Source of the DNA: Rotaria sp.
Lineage: Eukaryota
Length of the DNA stretch: 12,308 nucleotides
NCBI GenBank assembly: GCA_905250055.1
Contig: CAJNOF010000061.1
Location: forward strand, 326,484-338,791
Direction of reading: 5' to 3'
The number at the start of each line of letters is the position of its first letter. The stretch's first letter is position 1. Made by a program: the position numbers and the translations under genes. The notes beneath the pieces are model-generated. The model searched no databases, was not told where the DNA came from, and worked only from the letters and a program-made list of their open reading frames with translations. Below, piece after piece: positions 8,749-12,308 of the stretch.

Positions 8749-10104
8749 ATGAATCAACAACGACGGCGACAAATGGCTGAAAATTACTTAGTGATTTGGG
8801 TCGACGGCAATATCAATATGGCAAACGAACATTGCCAAAACACACTCACACAATTGTGCGGTGTTGTTAATGAAGTCAATCAATGCACCACCGCCGAAAA
8901 ATGTATTGAGACGCTTCAAGAAAATAGTGAGAAGACATCATTTGTTATCTCCTCTGGTGCACTTGGCCAACATCTCGTACCAGAAATTCATGGCATGCCA
9001 AAATTAGATGGCATTTATATCTTCTGTGGCAACAAACAACGCCATCAAGAATGGGCCAAAAATTGGTCAAAAATTAAAGGCGTTCATACATCCATTAAAT
9101 ACATCTGTGAAAAACTGGCAGTGGCTATTAAACAATGTGATCAAGATCAGGTAACTGTTAGTATTATTGACATCAATGAAGGAGATGCTAGCGAAAATCT
9201 CAATCAGCTAGAACCATCCTTCATGCATACACAAATATTCAAAGAAATTCTCCTTGATATGGATCATGGCCGACAAGCCATCAAAGATTTGGTCAAGTTC
9301 TGTCAAGAAAAATATCAAGGCAATCGTAAAGAACTCAAATTTATTCAAGAATTTGAACGTACCTATCAATCAACATTGGTGATATGGTGGTATACACGCC
9401 AATGTTTTACAAACAAAATGCTTAATCGAACATTATGAACGCTCGATAATGACATTATTATCCGAATGGGTTTTTATTTATGTGATGTCCATCGGCAAAT
9501 TAAAGATTTACACAGCAAGCAAATCAATGAATACCATGGTAAGACATTTCTACTTTATCGGGGGCAAGGATTATTGACGGCAGACTTCGAAAAAATCACG
9601 AAAAACAAAGGTGGACTTATCTCGTTTAATAATTTGTTATCCACCAGTAAAAATCACGATGTATCCCTCGGGTTCGCCAAGGACGCCTTAGAAGCAACAG
9701 ATAAGGTCGGTGTTCTTTTTCGAATGACCATCGACCCCACCGAGTCTTCGACTCCATTCGCTTCCATTCGAGAGCTGAGTGATTTCGCACAAGAAGATGA
9801 AATTCTCGTCTCTATGCATACAGTTTTTCGAATTGGTGACGTTCGAGAAATTGACAAGAAAAGTCCACTTTATGAAGCGCACCTTAAACTTACAGTAGAT
9901 GATGATCAACAACTCCGTCGATTAACCGATCGTATACGAGAAGAAACATTAGGTAGTGCTGGACGGTATCGAATGGGTCAATTGCTGCTCAAAATAGGTC
10001 TATTCGCCAAGGCCGAAGAATTATATACCGCATTACTAAAACAGGCATCGGATGACAGTCATAAAGCATTTATCTATCGTCAGCTTGTGGCCTGTGGGGG
10101 GTGA
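8749..10104 (+). pseudogene. Intronless gene for an N-terminal ~230-aa unknown domain fused to an R-S-E-clade ADP-ribosyltransferase domain and the first helix of a TPR region; interrupted by one in-frame TGA (9436-9438) and 3'-truncated at a telomeric-repeat junction
   Basis: ORFs 8749-9438 and 9466-10104 are in the same frame, separated only by the TGA at 9436-9438 (...KMLNRTL*TLDNDIIIRMGF...). ART motifs: FLLYRGQG (Arg codon 9559-9561), LLSTSKN (S-T-S 9640-9648), AQEDEILVSMH (E-x-E 9793-9801), with spacing typical of cholera-toxin-like/C3-like ARTs. The C-terminal ...AEELYTALLKQ..KAFIYRQL is TPR-like and stops at LVACGG immediately before the telomeric repeats. Confidence 0.8.
9436..9438 (+). 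other. In-frame TGA stop inside the ART gene; reading frame and conserved sequence continue on both sides (likely CGA(Arg) to TGA)
   Basis: tta TGA acg ctc gat aat gac att att atc cga atg ggt. The downstream frame continues into the ART catalytic domain without a frame shift. Confidence 0.8.
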
Positions 10105-10210
10105 GTGAAGAAAATATTGACAGTCACATCCTAATTTTATACAAAAACATTGATAAGATTCACAGTTTTGTTATCAATCGAATATTAAAAAAAAATTTAT
10201 TAGACAGTAT

Positions 10211-10318
10211 AGGGTGTGGGTGTGGGTGTGGATGTGGGTGGGTGTGGGTGTGGGTGTGGGTGTGGGTGTGGGCGTGGGTCTGGGTCTGGGTCTGGGGTGT
10301 AGGTGCGGGCGTGAGTGT
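10211..10318 (+). repeat. Telomeric-type (GGGTGT)n tract, G-rich on + strand, about 108 bp with variant units (GGATGT, GGGTCT, GTAGGTGCGGGCGTGAGTG tail)
   Basis: agggtgtgggtgtgggtgtggatgtgggtgggtgtgggtgtgggtgtgggtgtgggtgtgggcgtgggtctgggtctgggtctggggtgtaggtgcgggcgtgagtgtga. The hexamer TGTGGG is the repeat reported for bdelloid rotifer telomeres. Confidence 0.85.
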
Positions 10319-10335
10319 GAAACAAGATGATAGTA

Positions 10336-10360
10336 CACCCACACCCACGCCCACACTCAC
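10336..10360 (-). repeat. Short C-rich telomeric-type tract (ACCCAC...) opposing the 10211-10318 G-tract
   Basis: acccacacccacgcccacactcac. Further short G-rich (10398-10414 gggtgtgagtgtggggt) and C-rich (10441-10450 acccacactc) remnants follow. Confidence 0.7.
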
Positions 10361-10999
10361 AATTTATCATTGGATCTTGTTGATCAAGTTGAATAATGGG
10401 TGTGAGTGTGGGGTATAGTCTTGTGCTCACTGACTCACATACCCACACTCTTAAGGACTTTAGGAGTGCATAAAAAAAAACTATCTGAGTTTTCCGGAAG
10501 CTCAAATAATGCATCACTTCCAGATCTTATATGTCCCTGTAGAAACTATCACGAATGATAATCGAAATGTCTAAGAGAAACATAGATAAACGCATAATTT
10601 TCTCGGCACAGATGAGCAGTTTTAAGCTTCGTGGAGAAGCTCTTTCGTCGTTAGTTATGCATCGATATTCTCATCCTCTAATGATTCCTATTTGGTTTGA
10701 TCTATAAAAACCATTCTCTTCGTTTTTATCCGATGTTCTTCAGGTAGTCACAAACTATCAGAAGGATCTGTAAATATACGAAAAGAAAACATGTGATCGT
10801 TATTGCTTAAAATTGTGGTCCTAGATTATGAGAGCGAAATGACCGGTTTTTTTGTGTGTTTACACGCGTTTTCAGCCCTGATAATTGCTTGATATATATC
10901 ATGCACAATTTGTGCAGTTGTTGCCATTCACGTGTTGACATCTATGCATTAGTTTCAAAATGAACATGATCGAATCCATTAGTGATCTTGGTTTCTTTT

Positions 11000-11009
11000 A
11001 TTTATTTCG
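11000..11009 (-). terminator. Candidate polyadenylation signal (AATAAA on - strand) for the E2 gene
   Basis: The + strand ttttatttattt reads aaataaataaaa on the - strand, about 185 nt downstream of the E2 stop codon. Confidence 0.25.
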
Positions 11010-11189
11010 AAAGATAAAATAGTTTCATCTATGAAGAGAATTTTCAACTACAAAACAGAATTCTTGTTTATAGAAGACGAAAAAATAGAGAAGGTTTATA
11101 TTTGAAAGATAGATATCAGGAGGAAAAAAGCTTTTGTACGTAACAAAGCTATTTTCTGTCCAGAAAGAAAAAAAAATATCGGATTATTT

Positions 11190-11278
11190 TTATGATCGAG
11201 GTAATCCATTCTTCTGGATCATTGCTGTCGCCTTTCGTTCATATTCAGCTCGGTTTTGTATAAATTCTTTAGCGATGT
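11190..11278 (-). CDS. Ubiquitin-conjugating enzyme E2, exon 3 (C-terminal helices; stop TAA 11192-11190)
   Basis: Acceptor is ttgttatAG at 11280-11279 on the - strand. DIAKEFIQNRAEYERKATAMIQKNGLPRS* aligns with E2 C-termini ([27 protein letters not shown]; RAD6-type NKREYEKRVSAIVEQ). The total CDS is 531 nt, about 176 aa. Confidence 0.7.
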
Positions 11279-11330
11279 CTATAACAAAGTAAACAGCAAA
11301 AGAGGCAATAGGCTACTATTCAGAACAAAC

Positions 11331-11459
11331 CGGCATTCACTGGACCATCTTCAGGTTTAGGATTATCAAGAGCGTCGACAATAATCTGAAGAACTTCTAT
11401 CAAAGTTGTTTGATTGTTCCACGTTCCAGTAAGAGTCAGACGATTATCACATAATCGAT
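11331..11459 (-). CDS. Ubiquitin-conjugating enzyme E2, exon 2 (catalytic Cys): NRLCDNRLTLTGTWNNQTTLIEVLQIIVDALDNPKPEDGPVNA
   Basis: Acceptor is ttgtgtAG at 11461-11460 on the - strand. HPNVNEK|NRLCDNRL matches HPNINSNGSICLDIL including the active-site Cys. W and ...LL.DPNP.DP are conserved (DNPKPEDGP). Donor is g|GTTTGT at 11330. Confidence 0.72.
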
Positions 11460-11547
11460 CTACACAATAGAAAAATAAATATAAAACTGATGATATCATT
11501 AGCAACCTTCATTTATTTGCTATTTCTCAACAATAAATTTTGCTTAC

Positions 11548-11860
11548 TTTTTTCGTTAACATTTGGATGATAGATTGGTGTCACTATGACCACTTCAGGT
11601 GGTTTCATTGGATATTCTGGTGGTAGATGAATTTCAATTCGAAGAGCATGATTTTTATAGATATTCGATGTTAGTTCTAATCGTCCAATGATAACATTTT
11701 GAGCATAATCCTTGGGCAATTCATCTTGCGAATAGTCGAATGAAGAACTTTCATAAGTAAACTTGCCTTTTTTTAGTTTATTATTTTCACCCAATAATTT
11801 GACATCAGTCAATTCTCTCCAAAGTTTCTTATTTAACGGACTCGGAGCAGCTCCTGCCAT
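11548..11860 (-). CDS. Ubiquitin-conjugating enzyme E2 (UBC fold), exon 1: MAGAAPSPLNKKLWRELT...HLPPEYPMKPPEVVIVTPIYHPNVNEK
   Basis: ATG at 11860-11858. LPPEYPMKPPEVVIVTPIYHPNV aligns with the canonical E2 core FPxDYPFKPPKVxFxTxIYHPNI. Donor is AAAA|GTAAGC at 11547-11542 on the - strand (phase 1). Confidence 0.75.
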
Positions 11861-12308
11861 AGAAGGAATAAAAATAATACAATCTGAAAAGAATACAATA
11901 CAAATAACGTCTCTGTACATTTGTTAGATTTAAAGAGAGAATTTCATGATGATTGATTGTATTTTTGGAAATTTCTGCATGTGTGTATGGGCTTTTTGTT
12001 CTATGAAAGAAATGAAAAAAGGTAACTCTTTATGATTAATGTACATGTATTTGAAAATTTGCAAACAATCTTTGCATCACACTTTCAAATGGCCCCTCTT
12101 CAGTTGATGATTTGTTTTTTTTCGTTTCTTCTTGCTATTTAAGTCTCTGATTTTTTGAAAAAAATATTCATTCGGAATACTTAAAAGTTGATACTCTTCA
12201 CTGAAAAAAAATGGTACGATACAGAACCAAAAAAGATATTTTGAACGAAAAAAAGGTTTCGTACATAGTACGGAATCTAAAAAGGTTTCGAATTCGTTGC
12301 AATTCTCT

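Noticed and set aside
9654-9912. Minus-strand ORFs of 67 and 74 aa inside the ART coding region, and minus-strand ORFs at 4915-5285 inside MVP exons
   Set aside because: These are antisense shadow ORFs of well-supported sense-strand genes.
11861-11920. Twenty extra N-terminal residues (MYRDVICIVFFSDCIIFIPS) on the E2 ORF
   Set aside because: The segment is hydrophobic, not E2-like, and pyrimidine-rich on the coding strand. It is probably 5' UTR or intron. The conserved E2 sequence begins at the internal MAGAAPSPLNKKLWREL.

Overview
This is eukaryotic, AT-rich DNA with short (~52-88 bp) GT-AG introns. Interstitial TGTGGG/GGGTGT tracts match the telomeric repeat described for bdelloid rotifers, so the window most plausibly comes from an Adineta/Philodina-like genome.

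Three protein-coding loci are supported.
(1) A complete 8-exon major vault protein (MVP) gene lies on the + strand at 1705-5481. It encodes about 911 aa and is colinear with vertebrate MVP from [13 protein letters not shown] to the C-terminal coiled coil. Its intron 4 is about 10 times longer than the others because it holds a 569-bp MITE-like insertion with TGTGAAACACRAT inverted termini. A truncated second copy of that element lies 3' of the gene.
(2) An intronless ORF on the + strand at 8749-10104 encodes an N-terminal ~230-aa domain of unknown function fused to an R-S-E-type ADP-ribosyltransferase (ART) domain and the start of a TPR region. One in-frame TGA interrupts it, and it is cut off at its 3' end where it meets a telomeric-repeat tract, so it is probably a pseudogene.
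(3) A 3-exon canonical ubiquitin-conjugating enzyme (E2) gene lies on the - strand at 11190-11860.

The most unusual structure is a 3.3-kb cassette (6961-10210). It carries the ART pseudogene and, 35 bp upstream of it, a 1428-bp element with ~66-bp terminal inverted repeats and subterminal repeat arrays. Degenerate telomeric-repeat tracts bound the cassette on both sides. On each side the cassette's own tract runs in the outward orientation of a capped linear fragment, and each meets an oppositely oriented tract belonging to the flanking DNA. Both junctions are therefore telomere-to-telomere.

The ART gene also stands out from the MVP and E2 genes by codon and GC usage and by having no introns.
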